From positions 58,156,001 through 58,220,000 of the forward strand of contig OZ024745.1 in the NCBI GenBank assembly GCA_964016885.1: a stretch of 64,000 nucleotides of DNA, written 5' to 3'. Of the stretch, positions 31,621 through 46,630 are shown one piece after another. Below the pieces are notes generated by a model. The model was not told the DNA's origin. It ran no database searches and was given only the letters and a program-made list of their open reading frames with translations. The translations under genes were made by a program, and so were the position numbers. The stretch comes from Eledone cirrhosa (lineage: Eukaryota). Each line of letters opens with the position of its first letter. Within the stretch, counting starts at the first letter, position 1.

Positions 31621-33522
31621 ATACATACATACATTGAAAACGTGCTCTGTTATAGAGATCAGCTGTCCACTTGATGTCAACGTTGTAGGAAAAATACAAG
31701 AGAAGGATGACATCTACGGATCGTTGATGAGGAGTTTGCAGATCCAGTATCCAAGATATATTTTCAGCTTCATACCCATCATTTTGGAGCTACAGGTTGG
31801 ACCAAAGTATATCTGAACTTGGATTTGTGGACAAAGAACGCAGCTCCCTAATTCATAGACTACAAATGGTTGCGATAGCTGGCACCTTCAACATTTGCAA
31901 AACATTCTTGCAATTCAAGGGATGACAATTTCTTTTCTTTTACAACCTTGCCACCAGGAAGGTGGCCGGTGTAGAATGTACTCGAAATTAAGAGAAAGAG
32001 AAACATACATACATACATTAGGAGTTCGCAGTCTCTAGTAGGGTTGAATTTAGTTGCACCCAATATAATCATTGTTGCTGGGTATATTTTGTTATTTAGC
32101 ATATCGATTTTCGGGTTTGTTTCGTTGCAAAGTATTTCTTAGGAAAGAGTTTATATTTAGCTCTCACTCCCTAGAAAAGATTGTTCATTCTTAGCGTGGT
32201 AAGCTTTTTTCTTGTGGAAGCTGTTTCTTCTACTTATTACATTTATCATAAATGTTTATTTTTCTATTTACTTCTAGAATATTATTTTCGTTGTAATGGT
32301 GCTTAGAAATCGAAACAGACGTTTCCATGGGTACTTACTCTGTGTTTATATTTGGTTTTGTCTTTGATCTTTCCGTGTGTTTCTTTTGCTCTGAGGAGTT
32401 GTCTATATCATTGTTTTGACAGTGTTTATGATACTATAGGGAATCATTTGTTTTATGAGACCAGTTATGTTTCACTTTGGACTGCATTGTAATAGTTTGT
32501 CAGGTATTTCTATATGTTTTGTATGCGTAGTCGCTTCTTTTATTTTATTGCCTGTGTCTATCTTCGTTTCTTATATAGTTTTATTGTTCATTATATTGGT
32601 TCGCAAATATATTTGTGTTTGTTGTTGTTTGTTTCACATCGGTTTTCCTACTACAAATCGCGTATACCTCTTTTATCTATTTTTATCGTATTATATATTC
32701 TGTTATATATATTCTGTTATATATCGTATTATATATTCTGGTTGAGCAAACATATTCTCAGACATTCTAATGTTAACCATCATGTCTAATACTTTCAGAA
32801 TTAGTGTATTCTAGACTACATTGTTCTATAGCGGCTAAGAAGAAGTTTCAAAGATATAACTGATATCTCAAGTAACCTATAGAGTGACCCTCATCTGCTC
32901 GTATATGTTGTTTGTAAGGAGAAAGTGTAGTATCTACAGAACACATTTAGATATTATTCCACTTGTTTTCAATTTGCCGCTGGATGAAGAGCTTCAGCAA
33001 CTATGCAGGTTTTATACCAGCCTGTTCAAGTAGGTCACGTGTGCGTTGGACAGGGTAAGGATTTTTAAATCAGGACGCATATGTCCAATGCATATTCCGC
33101 AAGGAAATTATTTCTACGCTCTACCAATTCCGCTAGTCTAACGATTAATACGTTATTTCCTCGACATGAAAGGATGAAAGGCAAAGTTGTCCTTCATGTG
33201 ATTTGAACATATAGAGCAAATAATGTTGACAAGTACCATGAAGAATTTAATCTGACAACCTTATGACTCTGCCTATTCGCCACCCTTTCCGTTTCTATTC
33301 TGGTGATGGCATCATGACAAGCGGTATGCCTCAGATATTTAAGCTCGGCAGACCCCATCCCTCGTCAGGTCTTAACACAGCTAATTCCTTTCTTCCTTCC
33401 AGAAAGAGGAGGGTGAGAGAGAACATAAGAAGAAGGATGAATGGCTACCTAATGGTGGACTGGTACTTTATTTATCGACTTTGGAGGATTGAGACGCGAA
33501 GTTGACATCTTCATGAAATCTG

Positions 33523-33582
<60 letters not shown>

Positions 33583-35117
33583 AGATAAATCTACCAAAAT
33601 GTACGGTAGTGTCCAATCCGTATGAAGAATTCAATGTAATCCGAATATCATGAAAAGAGAAGATGTATTCAAAACTTTTTTTTCGATGAAAAATACAGGA
33701 AAACAGAGTCAAGATAAATTAATAAAAATAATGAATAAACAAAGAAACAGTTCCTTATATTAAAAAATTCATCATTTTACGATCGTTTCTAGGATATATA
33801 TGTTAGTTTTGGTATGCATATCATATAGATCTATGTAAAATTTTTATGTAATTATGTAATATAAGGAACTGTTTCTTTGTTTATTCATTATTTTTATTAA
33901 TTTATATATATATATGTGTGTGTAACGTGAAATATCTGCTGCTGTCTCTGTTTATCCGTTTCAGCGCATTTGTGAAAATTTGCTTGATATCTGTCAAACC
34001 GTTAGAAATGTCTGGTTAGATATGATAGTCTTTTACACTTACCCTTTCTATCACCTTATCTCACACAATCCAAGCGTACATCTAAATCACCATTTTATTC
34101 ACCCTCATAATGGAGGTAACGTTACTAGAAGGTTTGCTAGAAGCCTGAAAGTATTTCGCTATCCGGTTCCTTTCGGGAAACAAACGACCATAAGGACCAT
34201 CGGATTATACCATCCATATTTGCCATAATCCCAGCCTTCTCCAATTTCAATGTAATTCAGCAGAACTTTCTGATTATTCGGATTATGAAACTATTTCTTC
34301 TTTAGATGCGATCAAAAGAGTTTGACTTATTTATTCTTGATTTGGTTGTAACAATTTTCCTGTCCTATATCGGTATCTAGAAGATATTTTGTCTTTTTTT
34401 TTTTTTTTTTGTCAAACGTCCGTTGTGTTGTGTTCTCACCCTGGATATCTAACTTTAGTTACTATTGATGTACTGATGGTCAATAATCCTGTCTCTGGAA
34501 GTATCCGAAACTATAATGATCCAAGAAAACAGGTGATTAGCGAGAATTGTCCATGTGCTTGTCTCTTCCAAATTTTCTGTTATCGGTATATGTCCCATGT
34601 GCTCTTTTAATGATATTGACATTGCAGCGCACATTACCTAAATTTGAAATAAAAATTATTGTTTACTACAGCTATGATTCTAAATCTCTCAATCTCTCTC
34701 TTTCTCTATTTCCCTCTTTCTCTCTTTCTCTCCCTCATTCCATCGCCACGTCTCTTGTCTATTAATAATAGTTTCAGGGCGATTGCTCGAACTATTTTGT
34801 ATTATTATAATGTCTTTCTTTGTTCATATTACGGTTAACTACCCACATTTGTATGTTGCTTTCGATTGCAGCTATTATCCGCTCCTATATCGGTATGTAG
34901 ATATTTCGTCTTGATTTTTTGTTCGTTTGTTTTTTGTCCAACGTCCGATGTGTTATCATCCGGAATAGCTATCTTTAGATATTAATGATATTCTGGTGGT
35001 GAATAGTCCTGACTTTAAAAGCACCCAAAATTATAATTTTCCCCAGAAAACAGAAGTCACACGGTTTTTTTTAAATTACATATATATAAGTAAAAAACTA
35101 TGTACAGAAAGGGAGAG

Positions 35118-35173
<56 letters not shown>

Positions 35174-35176
35174 AGA

Positions 35177-35276
<100 letters not shown>

Positions 35277-35277
35277 C

Positions 35278-35334
<57 letters not shown>

Positions 35335-35692
35335 GAGTGCGTGTGAGAGAGATGGAATAGTTACGGCTAGAATGTATTTGACTAAGAGGAAGGTAAACAA
35401 CTACAACTGCTACGTATTAATTTGTTTATCACAGGGGCATGAAAGATAAACTGAATCCCAGGTGTGATTTCAGCACCTCACATCAAAAAGACAACTGATT
35501 ATATAACCTTAATTTTCAATTCAACTAAACTGATCCTTCTGACATCTTAGTAGCATGAAAAACATATATTCACCTTGACAGTATTACCAATGTAGTAAAA
35601 AGCAAACTTAGTACAATAAAGCCTAGGACAATAATTTGAATGTAGCTTCGAACCACCCTAAAAATCAAACAATAAAGCTGAGAACATGTTAA

Positions 35693-35810
35693 TAATTGTT
35701 TCTACTTTAGGCACAAGGCCAGCAATTACCCAGTGCATTACTGGTACTTTATTTTATCGACCCCGTAAGGATGAAAGGCAGAGTCAACCTCGGCGGGATT
35801 TGAACTCAGA
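35693..35810 (-). mobile_element. SINE 3' part including B box
   Basis: Reverse complement of CTGAGTTCAAATCCCGCCGAGGTTGACTCTGCCTTTCATCC...; similar copies at 44478-44590 (-) and 47205-47312 (+). Confidence 0.85.
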
Positions 35811-36033
35811 TAATAATATCAGATAATTTGAACATGATAATAATATTAACAGCTGCGACGGTGAGATTTTATATATGTTTATATATTATTTATATCAATT
35901 CTGTTATACTTTTGAAAGTTTCAAAGATTGGACTGAGGCCAGTTTCTACAACGGAGCCATACCAGGAACGTACGTTTCGTTGGACTGGAGTACCAAACTG
36001 TTCAACCTAAGCCGGTGGATGTTATATATATAC

Positions 36034-36067
<34 letters not shown>

Positions 36068-36492
36068 AGGTGTGTGTGTATTTCATAGGAATGAAACAGT
36101 TCTAGTCCTGTAGAGGTTATATATATATGGCTGTCCTTTTACATCATGGATCACAGGCCTCGCGCACCAGGACTAAACAAAGTCTGATTCACCACCTTCA
36201 GTCCTATTCCCCTCTTGGACTCAACTCACCTCCCCAATTTCTCTAATACCCCGTCCATTATCACACCCCTAGATTCCTATCGCTTTCTCTTGATCATTAA
36301 CATCTTCTCTTACAACTAATACAGGCCGACTATATATGCTCACTCCACATACACACACTTACATCAACATACTTTTGCTCATAGCTTCGTACTCACATGC
36401 ACACACACTCTTTTACTCACATATACACACACATTTCTTCTTAGCTTCGTGCGGACGTATAATAACACACACGCACGCACAGGCACACACAC

Positions 36493-36571
<79 letters not shown>

Positions 36572-36799
36572 CTTACGCACGTGCACAAGTATAGCTCTTT
36601 TTACAAAACGGTTTTGTTTTCCATTTCAGGTAGACGCGCTCCATCATCCACTTTTCTAAATATAAATCATATACAAAACGCCAGCACCGACAGTTTTGCA
36701 AGACATGTCAACATGAATAGACCTGTTATTTTTTTCTAAAGACATTTTTTTCCAATTCCAACCCGCCCATCCTCTCAATCTATCTTATTTCTCATTCTT

Positions 36800-36836
36800 T
36801 CTTCTGATGAAGGACTAGCGTTCGAAACATTAAGAC
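36800..36836 (+). ncRNA. Minimal hammerhead ribozyme motif, partly decayed
   Basis: CTGATGA A GGAC TAGC GTTC GAAA CAT TA AGA; stem III is probably a CpG-decayed AACGTT; stem I is weak. Confidence 0.65.
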
Positions 36837-36990
36837 CCTTTTCCTGCTATATCAAGCGATATATATATATATATAATGTATGTATGTAAAAGGTAAACAT
36901 AAATAACAACACAATCGGTACAGTATATGGAAGGTTAACGCTTATTAGGTTAACGCTTATTATATATATATAATTGATTAGGTTAACGCT

Positions 36991-37060
<70 letters not shown>

Positions 37061-37212
37061 TAAAGATGCCTATATTCTACTAATTTACTGAGCACCATTA
37101 TTAACTGTGCTTACATCCCCACACAACTCGGAAATCTACATATTATATACATACATACATACATAAAAAAATATAATAGACATTACAATACAACGGGAGG
37201 TAACATAACAGT

Positions 37213-37252
37213 ACCACTGATGATGTCGCAGGTATGTGATGAAAGAAGTTTG
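37213..37252 (+). ncRNA. Degenerate hammerhead-like motif
   Basis: CTGATGA T GTCGCA GGTA TGTGAT GAAA; stem II pairs but stems I and III are poor. Confidence 0.4.
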
Positions 37253-37447
37253 ATAGACTATATATATATATTTATGTCTATATTTTTAACCGTTGGTCAA
37301 TCAATGATAAACATTGATTGCTTGCTAAATTAAATATGGGAATATAGAATACACAGAAGCGGAAATCAATCCAAACCAAACAGTGAGTGTGTTTTATTAT
37401 TATTTCTGGCAATATTATAACAAATATGACCCATATATATATATATA

Positions 37448-37528
<81 letters not shown>

Positions 37529-38263
37529 GTCTCTCACTCTTTTAAGTTGTGAATTAGACTGGTTATCTACGCACGTGGCTGACACATTTCAGCACGCTAC
37601 TATATTGCTATATAATGGATGATCACATTTAAAGTCCGTTAAAGGTTCTTGGCACTACCATTGTTACCATCGCTTTCCTCTAGCCATGGGGCTTGGAGAC
37701 ATGAACCGAATGCTACCATTCTATTTTAGATCAATGTGAACTGCTATTTCTAATAGCCATCTTTTCACCCCTTGATAATTCGTGTGTGAGACACGTTGGC
37801 TGAATGCTTCTGACAGGAACTAAAAGATTGATTATTTTTAGCTTCCCGTTCCCACGTAAAATTTGTAAATCAGTGGCTAGTTGAGAGATAGGGTCCTATC
37901 GGTTGCCAGTTAATCGCTTTACCGTGTCGGTTGTCACAAACAGTCATGACCGGCACGGGCCGGTGTTTGGATTATGTCGACCGATTGGTTATTGTTTAGG
38001 CGATACACGCTGATGAAGCCATATAAGCCGATTGTGCATTGTTGCATAATATATGCAGAGAGATGGTGCAGTACACCTTACTACTGCATTAGTGCGGCAG
38101 AAACTCGAGTCCGGGTACCTTATAGGCACCCGTTTTACGTGTGTTGTGTTGAAGCAAATAACTATGTGTATACTCTGGTAATGTATCTTACATTGCCCAT
38201 TGAGTGCGCTGAGATACAACCGGTACTGGCATTGATAAATATGGTGGGTCAGACAACCCTTAT

Positions 38264-38473
<210 letters not shown>

Positions 38474-38784
38474 GTATATATATATACGGGTTGGTCAACG
38501 TGACTGTAACCTAAGATACATTTCATTTTCAGGCTTTTAGACATTTAGAATGGAAATTGTGTAATGACCACTGACGGAGGTGTCAAGCCGACTAAGACGT
38601 GGGTAAGTCACAGCAGCCATAATAGAACTTTACACAAATGAAAACAAACGGTCAGCAATAAAATAAAGTGTCTTTTAATTGATATATGTCATGGAACTTA
38701 CTGAATTGAATCTTCTTAAAGAGAGCTCCTGCTATCCATTTTTCCTCTCTTTTTCACTAATAGATTTTTCGTTTATATATTTTA

Positions 38785-38834
<50 letters not shown>

Positions 38835-38835
<1 letters not shown>

Positions 38836-39037
38836 ACGAAGGAAATGTGGTAAGGAACCAGGTGGACCATAACGCACCAAAGTACTCAATACTTAGGCTA
38901 GTAGAGTGGGTAATAGGAACGAGTAGGACCCCGACGGCTGAGCTCAAGCCGTTTCGACGGCTAATTCTGGACTGAATTTAGTCCAGAATTAGCCGTCGAA
39001 ACGGCTTGAGCTCAGCCGTCGGGGTCCTACTCGTTCC

Positions 39038-39040
<3 letters not shown>
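38835..39040. repeat. Family A copy, fold-back
   Basis: Turning point GACGGCTAATTCTGGACT-GAATTT-AGTCCAGAATTAGCCGTC. Confidence 0.88.
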
Positions 39041-39068
<28 letters not shown>

Positions 39069-39191
39069 TTATTTATTTATTTATTACATACATATATATG
39101 AATGTTTGTTTATACTACACACACACATACATACACACACGCGCACACACACACACACACATATATATATATGTATATATATAAATGTATA

Positions 39192-39249
<58 letters not shown>

Positions 39250-39275
39250 TGTAATAAACAACATAAGATCATTAT

Positions 39276-39335
39276 TTCATTTACCAGTGGTTTCTTGAAG
39301 ACAGATGTTGTGTTTGTCTTCATCGTCAGAATGAA
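39276..39335 (-). ncRNA. Type-I hammerhead ribozyme (family E)
   Basis: Minus strand: TTCATT CTGACGA TGAAGACA-AACACAACATC-TGTCTTCA A GAAA CCACTGG TA AATGAA; 6-bp stem I, 8-bp stem II, intact core. Confidence 0.88.
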
Positions 39336-39437
39336 TAAAAACTTATTACATAACTAATAAGCTCTGTAGCCTACATAGAGCACTCTTTTTTCCGGTACCT
39401 TTCTGACGGAAATACTTCATTCACATATATATATATA

Positions 39438-39579
<142 letters not shown>

Positions 39580-39926
39580 TGTGTGTGGGTGTGTGTGCGT
39601 GTGTGCGTGTGTGTCCAGTAAAAATATCTTTATCCGTATGAGCTGGGTTACCATTTTGGTAAAAATAGGAGTAAGCAGGAGAAAACTCTCTACATTCCAA
39701 GTGTGTGATTACAATGTTTGTTGTCGGGCACACAAGAGGAACGTGTTTTGCCGGTAACATATCACATAAACGTAAATTCATCTGATGAAATCGCACCATA
39801 CCAGCAACAAATACAACTACTGCACCTTGAATGCATACGGGTCACCATAAAAATAATTATATTGAATAATGTTATTCTTATATATATATAATGTTATTCT
39901 TATATATATATATATATATATATATA

Positions 39927-40110
39927 AGAAAATGTTTTACATCGACGGCGGAGCTCAAGCCCGGCTATTTCCAGAAATAGCCGCCGTCAAAACGGCATGA
40001 GCTCTGCCGTCGGGGTTAAACATTTTCCTATTACCCACTGTACTACCCTAAGTATTGAGTACTCTGGTGCGTTATGGTCCATCTGGTTCCTTACCACACC
40101 TCCTTCGTTA
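39927..40110. repeat. Family A copy, fold-back, abutting the mariner
   Basis: GGCTATTTC/CAGAAATAGCC junction, then the tail ending CCTTCGTTA(TA)n. Confidence 0.8.
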
Positions 40111-40116
40111 TATATA

Positions 40117-40999
40117 CGAGGTGAGTCAGAAAAGTTCCAAGACTGATGTCACAAAAGATTTATTTCAAACCCAAACTTCACACTAAGAGTTTTCTCCTCC
40201 AAAGTAATCCCTCTGGAGTATGTAACTGTAATCTTAGCTCTCTGCAGCGATCAAACATTTTTCTGCATATTTTTATATACATGCCCTCTGTTTCAGGTCG
40301 TCAAGCAATGAGCACAGAGCAGCGAACAAACTTGAAAACTCCGTCAGAAGCACTGGGATTGCTGCAGCAAGTGTATGGAGATGAGACGATACACGCTCAC
40401 CTGTTTTTGAGTGGTGCAAGAGGTTTAAAGAAGGACGTGAGGACGTGGAAGATGATCCCAGGAGCGGAAGGCTCTCAACAACCAGGACTGAGGTCAGCGT
40501 TGAGCGCGTCAGGCACATGGTGCGTAGCGAACGTCGGCTGACAGTTCGACTGATGGTAAATGAGCTGGGCATGAATCGGGACAGCGTCTGAAAGATTCTC
40601 GCTGAAGATTTGGACATGCGGAAAGTCTGCGCGAAGATGTGCCAAAACTGCTGAACGATGACCAGAAGGGTCGATGCATGCAAGTGTGCCAGGACATCCT
40701 CGAGCGTCTTGAAACCGAACCAGACTTACTAGGGACAGTCATCACCGGTGATCTTCGAGTACGACCCGGAGGGGACCCGTTTTGAAGACGTGGACGACAT
40801 CAAAAAGGCCGTGACGACGGAACTGCGGAGGATCCCGGAAGAATCCTTCCAGGAGTGCATGCAAAGGTGGCAGAAAAGGATGGAAAAGTGTATTAGACTC
40901 CAGGGGGATTACTTTGAAGGAGAAAACTCTTGGTGTGAAGTTTGGGTTTGAAATAAATCTTTTGTGACATCAGTCCTGGAACTTTTCTGCCCCACCACG
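40117..40999 (+). mobile_element. Mariner DNA transposon, internally deleted, ~103-bp terminal inverted repeats, TA target site
   Basis: TA|CGAGG...CCACG|TA; 40117-40219 is inverted at 40896-40999. Transposase remnants: EWCKRFKEGREDVEDDPRSGR, MRKVCAK, VITGD, FEYDPE fused to GTRFEDVDDIKK...CIRLQGDYFEG; most of the catalytic core is deleted. Confidence 0.93.
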
Positions 41000-41053
<54 letters not shown>

Positions 41054-42896
41054 TCTCTCTCTAGATACGTGATAGTTGTCATGGTAGGTTTGTATATCTC
41101 GATTTATCCTTTTAATTGAGTTCTCTGAACCATACTATTTTTAGTCAGTATTTTATTCACGCTGGCGGTTTCTGTCCCTTGTGATTTAAACGCATAGGGT
41201 TATATATATGTGTTCGTCTCTCTTTACTGTGTTATAAGGCTCGGAATTTTTTTTTCTTGAGCTAATTTAATTATAAGGGCCTATTGTGAGTTTTTAACTC
41301 AATATATATTTTTGTTATATATATAAATATGTGTGCTGTGGGGGAGGGAGTTTATACATATAGTTATTTTTATAGATAGTATCTGAGCAATTTAAAATCA
41401 GACATATATCTTAAGCCTGAATGCAAAGTAAAATAGCCAATTCCCCTACTGAGAATATTTTCTAAGTGGAAGTAAATTTCTATATGCTGCTTTCTTAGTT
41501 CTGTAGACAAGGACTTCATTACTCTCAGACTTAGAATATAACTGATTTATTTTATCACTTTTTATTATTTTTGTCCATTTTGCGTTTAATTATCAGAGTT
41601 CTTGGTCTGCCGATTTAGAAAATATCTACTACAGTTTTTCACTTGGTATTATGTTCAGTGCTTTCTCTAGGTGTTTTGGGTACCTATGCAGTTTCATCAA
41701 AGCACAGTAGCCCTTTAGTTTACTTTCCCTTGATCCAGTAGAATACGCATGTGTTGATAGCTGAAAGAAAGACGGACCACTCAGACTTTAGATCTCCTCT
41801 CTACTGTTAATAGAGACAAAATAACACTTGTGAAATATAGCACACAACTTTTCTCAAATCTCACTGAACCGTCATTAGAATAAGAAGGAAACATTAGACA
41901 ATGTAGTTCTACATATTAAAAACGATGAAATGATAATTTCTAGAGTACCTTTGGTGATAGATATACTCAAATAGGATTGTGTTTGGACTAAATAGCAACA
42001 AAGTGGAATGAAGTGGAGCTTTTGCAAGTTAGACCTTGTATCCACGGGCACGACGTCAAACAGGTGAGATTATAAACAATGCAGACCTCAAACCGTTTTT
42101 TACTAGACATCATTTGCATTTAGAGCTAACTAAAGGTATAGGAAAATAGAAACGTATTTAGGCGTGTCATTAAGATTTCTTCGATATTTCATCTTTAGTC
42201 GTTACATGTTTTGTCATATGATCTTCACAGTCACTACTTAACAGCCAGCAGATACCATACGTGGATGTAACTACTCACCATAAAGTGAGGAGTGTGTGTG
42301 TGCATTTCTTTATTTAATATGCTGTCTTCATATCTCTTCAAAATTACATGAATGTTCCTTACGGGGATTTTTTATTTAAATGAGGTGATTAGCACTAAAT
42401 ATATTACATTAAAACAAATCTTCAAAGGGTGCACTCCTCAGAGCTGTTGGATAAGGATCTCGATAACGCATCCACTCATTCATATTTACAAAATAATTAT
42501 CTTCTTTAACATTACTACCTCAAGCAATTTCTTGGGGAAAATACTTTAATAATTCATCTAGCTCTGTTGACAGTAGCTTCTTTAAACATTGCAATAAATA
42601 CTTGCATTTTTTCACAAGCATATTTTACTGGCGAAAACAAAAAGTATATATATATATATTAGAAAGTGAGGTTTTTTTTTACAAAATGAAAAATAACTGA
42701 GGTGTCCTACACAAGTGAAAGTATAAAGAAAAAAAGATGAAATCGAAAATGCAACTGGAGTCTTATTTTTTTTTTAAATATATATATATATTTATTTGGT
42801 TCCTTTACCGGTTCCGCAGTTCTTCTGCTTTTCAAAAGTAGAGTTGAGATGGAGAATCTGTGGTTTTTCTCACACATATAAATATATATATATATA

Positions 42897-42978
<82 letters not shown>

Positions 42979-43454
42979 TACATATTTAGAGAGAGAGAGA
43001 GAGAGAGAGAGTGAGAGAGCAAAAGAGAGAGAGTCATGGTAGTGGTCTTGGTAGTGCTTTGGTTGAGTTTATCCAAGTCAAATAGAGGAAATGGGGGGAC
43101 GGAAAGTGGTAAGTATATCCAGACAAGCAAGGGTAAGGAGAAGGAAGTAGTGAGAGTGGGCGTAGGAGTATTCAGTGGTAGGAGTTAATAGTAAATAGTG
43201 GGTTATATGAAAGTGAAGTATTAACAGTAAATAGTGGGTTATATACAAGTAAATTACCAGATGAATAAATACAGTAGATACATTCATTGAACTATGATAC
43301 TTAACATTTGAAAATCCTGATATTGAGAAACCGGTTACGTTATTGTAAATAAATCATCTTAAAGACTCCAAGTTCATTTTCAACATACATACACACACAT
43401 ACATACACAAATATATATATATATACACACGTACGATATAGACACACACATATA

Positions 43455-43525
<71 letters not shown>

Positions 43526-44263
43526 ATATATATATACTTATAAGTAAGTAAATGTACACATACATATACATATGAGTAGTCATATTTGCATACCGAGCGA
43601 GTTACGTCTGACCGTGCCGAAAACTAAAAATAAAATGTACATATACATACTTACATTTTATGTAACAGCACAGCTGATACATAAATGTAAGTATGTATAC
43701 GTACACATATAACTCACCCACACACACACACCGCAAAAAAAAATTTTCTCCACACGCCACCTACACCCACAACACGCTTAAACCCCACACACACGTGCTT
43801 ACCACCACATATTTACACCCTCAGCCTCCCGATTCCTCTCTCCCCCCACCCCTCTATCCACACACGCACAGACACCCCGACCTAACCCCCCCCCCCCCAC
43901 ACACACACCTCTTCCTGAACATGCAACCCCGTTCTTCCCCCAACCCTTACTTTCACATACACACACACACACACGCACGTACACCTACACACACACACCA
44001 CCTTCAGCCCTCCCCGCTCGGACACCCCGTCTCCCTCTCCACACTCCACCCGCCACCACCCCTACACACCCCACACCCTTCCACCACCTGTTTTACCCCC
44101 CTTTTAATTTCAGTTTATTTTGATCATGATTTTATATTTAATTTTATTTCATTCCTTGTATTTTGATCATGCTTTATTTTTATTTTTATTTTTAATTTCC
44201 TTTCGCTATATGTCTCTCCACCACTCCCCTACACACCCTTTGAACTCTGTTCCCACACACTTC

Positions 44264-44298
44264 TCACCTGAGGAAGGGCTTATGCCCGAAACGTCGTT
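44264..44298 (+). ncRNA. Minimal hammerhead ribozyme motif
   Basis: AC CTGAGGA A GGGC TTAT GCCC GAAA CG TC GT; GUC cleavage triplet and ACGT palindromic stem III; followed by AATAAA and (TA)n. Confidence 0.78.
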
Positions 44299-44679
44299 CC
44301 CCACCACCACCCCACTCTCCAGAGCGTGAAATTAATAAACATTCGTTGTACTGCCTCTCTGTTTTGTTCCTGTTCAAATTTTTCCATTATATATATATAT
44401 ATATATATACATATATATATACAAACTAACATCTATATACATATGGCTTATATACGTATGGCTTATATCGAACATTAATAATTGTTTCTACTTTTGGCAC
44501 AAGGCCAGCAATTAACCAGCGTATTACTGGTACTTTATTTTATCAACAATGTAAGGGTGAATGGCAAAGTTAACCTCGGCGGGATTTTTCGATTCGTTTG
44601 TAAACAAACGGCCCGATTAAAACTGTGCCGTGCCGACGACAAATTGTCATCCGCTTGTTCAACACTGGCTTTGAGGAAT

Positions 44680-44718
44680 AATCAACATGTTTCTTGGATA
44701 TTACCCTTCATCATGACT
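44680..44718 (-). ncRNA. Decayed hammerhead motif in a family-B relative
   Basis: Minus strand: AGTC ATGATGA A GGGT AAT ATCC AA GAAA CATG TT GATT (C3 to A); related fragment at 27870-28020. Confidence 0.55.
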
Positions 44719-44911
44719 GTATACCTCTGTCAGTCTGCTGAACGGTTGAAAATATATAGTATTGTTTTAAGTACACATCGGCTGAGTAGCCTCATTTGCA
44801 TACAATTTGTTATCGGCATGGAACAGCTTCTAATCGGGCCGTTTATTTACAAACGAATCGAATATTATTATTAATGTTCGATATAACCCATACTTACATA
44901 TATATATATAC

Positions 44912-45022
<111 letters not shown>

Positions 45023-45096
45023 TATGCATACTTACATTTATGTATCAGCTGTGCTAGCGCGAGAAATAAAATTCTACTTTTATATATATATATATA

Positions 45097-45357
45097 ACGA
45101 AGGAAGTGTGGTAAGGAACCAGATGGACCATAACGCACCAAGGTACTCAATACTTACGGTAGTAGAGTGGGTAATAGGAAAATGTTTAACCCCGACGGCA
45201 GATCTCAAGCCGTTTCGAGTCCAGAAATAGCCGTCGAAACGGCTTGAGCTCTGCCGTCGGGGTCATACATTTTCCTATTACCCACTCTACTACCTTAAGT
45301 ATTGAGTACTCTGGTGCGTTATGGTCCATCTGGTTGCTTACCACAATTCCTTCGTTA
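45097..45357. repeat. Family A, near-complete two-arm palindrome
   Basis: 45097-45218 is inverted at ~45234-45356. Confidence 0.88.
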
Positions 45358-45853
45358 TACACATATACATATATATATAAATAAAAGATCTGCTGCATAC
45401 GAATGTTAATATTGAGTACTTCAGCATTAACATGTAGTAAGTAATAACTCTTGTAGAAGTGATATACAACGACATAAAGGCATACAATATAGTAGAAGAT
45501 TCTGAAATTGAATAGACTAGAAGAATGGCTTTTATACTACAACTAACCATGTCACTCGTTACTTCTCTTTCCACCTCTCTTTCGACACACGATAATCGTA
45601 TTGAAACATTTTATTTAAAGATATACGAAGTTTTCCTCTTGTGAATCTAATAAACAAACCTGGAGGTTAATGCATCTGTCTGAAATACATGATATGTTCG
45701 CAAGTGTTGATAACAGGGAAATGACATTATACGCTTAAATATCTGTATTTATGTAACATTGTCTGTCACTGTCTTTCTCTCTTTCCACTTCTCCCCCTCC
45801 CCCTCAACTCCTCTCTCTCCCCCTACATCTCTCTCTATCTTTCTCTTCCCCCC

Positions 45854-45885
<32 letters not shown>

Positions 45886-46087
45886 GCGTATGTATGGATA
45901 TAGGTATGACCATATACATACATACATACCTTCATACATGCAAACATACATACATAAAACTCATAGTCAACCGAAAGCCACTTAGACTGGGAAATAATAG
46001 TGTTCATATATGCTTTAATATCTTAAAATCTCTCTCTAACTTTCAAATACAATGTTGACTGACATATATCTACCCAGATCATAACAG

Positions 46088-46134
<47 letters not shown>

Positions 46135-46215
46135 GTGTGTGTATTTACATGTTTCTATATGTTTACATATGTCTGTTGCTGGGTATGTAAACAGGACAAA
46201 AGAAATACGAATATT

Positions 46216-46260
46216 CCTGTAAAATTGATTTTCGGATCTTATTGGACCCTCATCAAAAGA
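46216..46260 (-). ncRNA. Decayed hammerhead motif
   Basis: Minus strand: TTGATGA GGGTC CAATAA GATCC GAAA ATCAATTT TA; stem II pairs, stem III is near-palindromic, stem I is weak. Confidence 0.55.
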
Positions 46261-46422
46261 CATTACCCAATCAGCCACAAGGAAACTTGTACTTGATGAG
46301 TATATATACCCATTCGCTCTTAGTATTATTCTGAAATTGACATACTAATTTGCATCTAATTAGCGCTTGTTTTGGGTAATTAATTTACAAAGAAATATAT
46401 ATATATATATATATATATATAC

Positions 46423-46616
46423 AGGAAAATGTTTAACCCCGACGGCAGAGCTCAAGCCGTTTCGACGGCTATTTCTGGCCTCAGAAATAGCCGTCGAAAC
46501 GGCTTGAGCTCTGCCGTCGCGGTTAAACATTTTCCTATTACCCACTCTACTACCCTAAGTATTGAGTACTCTGGTGCGTTATGGTCCATCTGGTTCCTTA
46601 CCACACTTCCTTCGTT
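46423..46616. repeat. Family A copy, fold-back
   Basis: Turning point CGGCTATTTCTG-GCCT-CAGAAATAGCCG. Confidence 0.88.
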
Positions 46617-46630
46617 ATATATATATATAT

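Noticed and set aside
38005-38045. CTGATGAAGCC..AGCCGATT, and CTGACGGAGG..GCCGACT at 38571
   Set aside because: The GAAA box is missing; at most eroded remnants.
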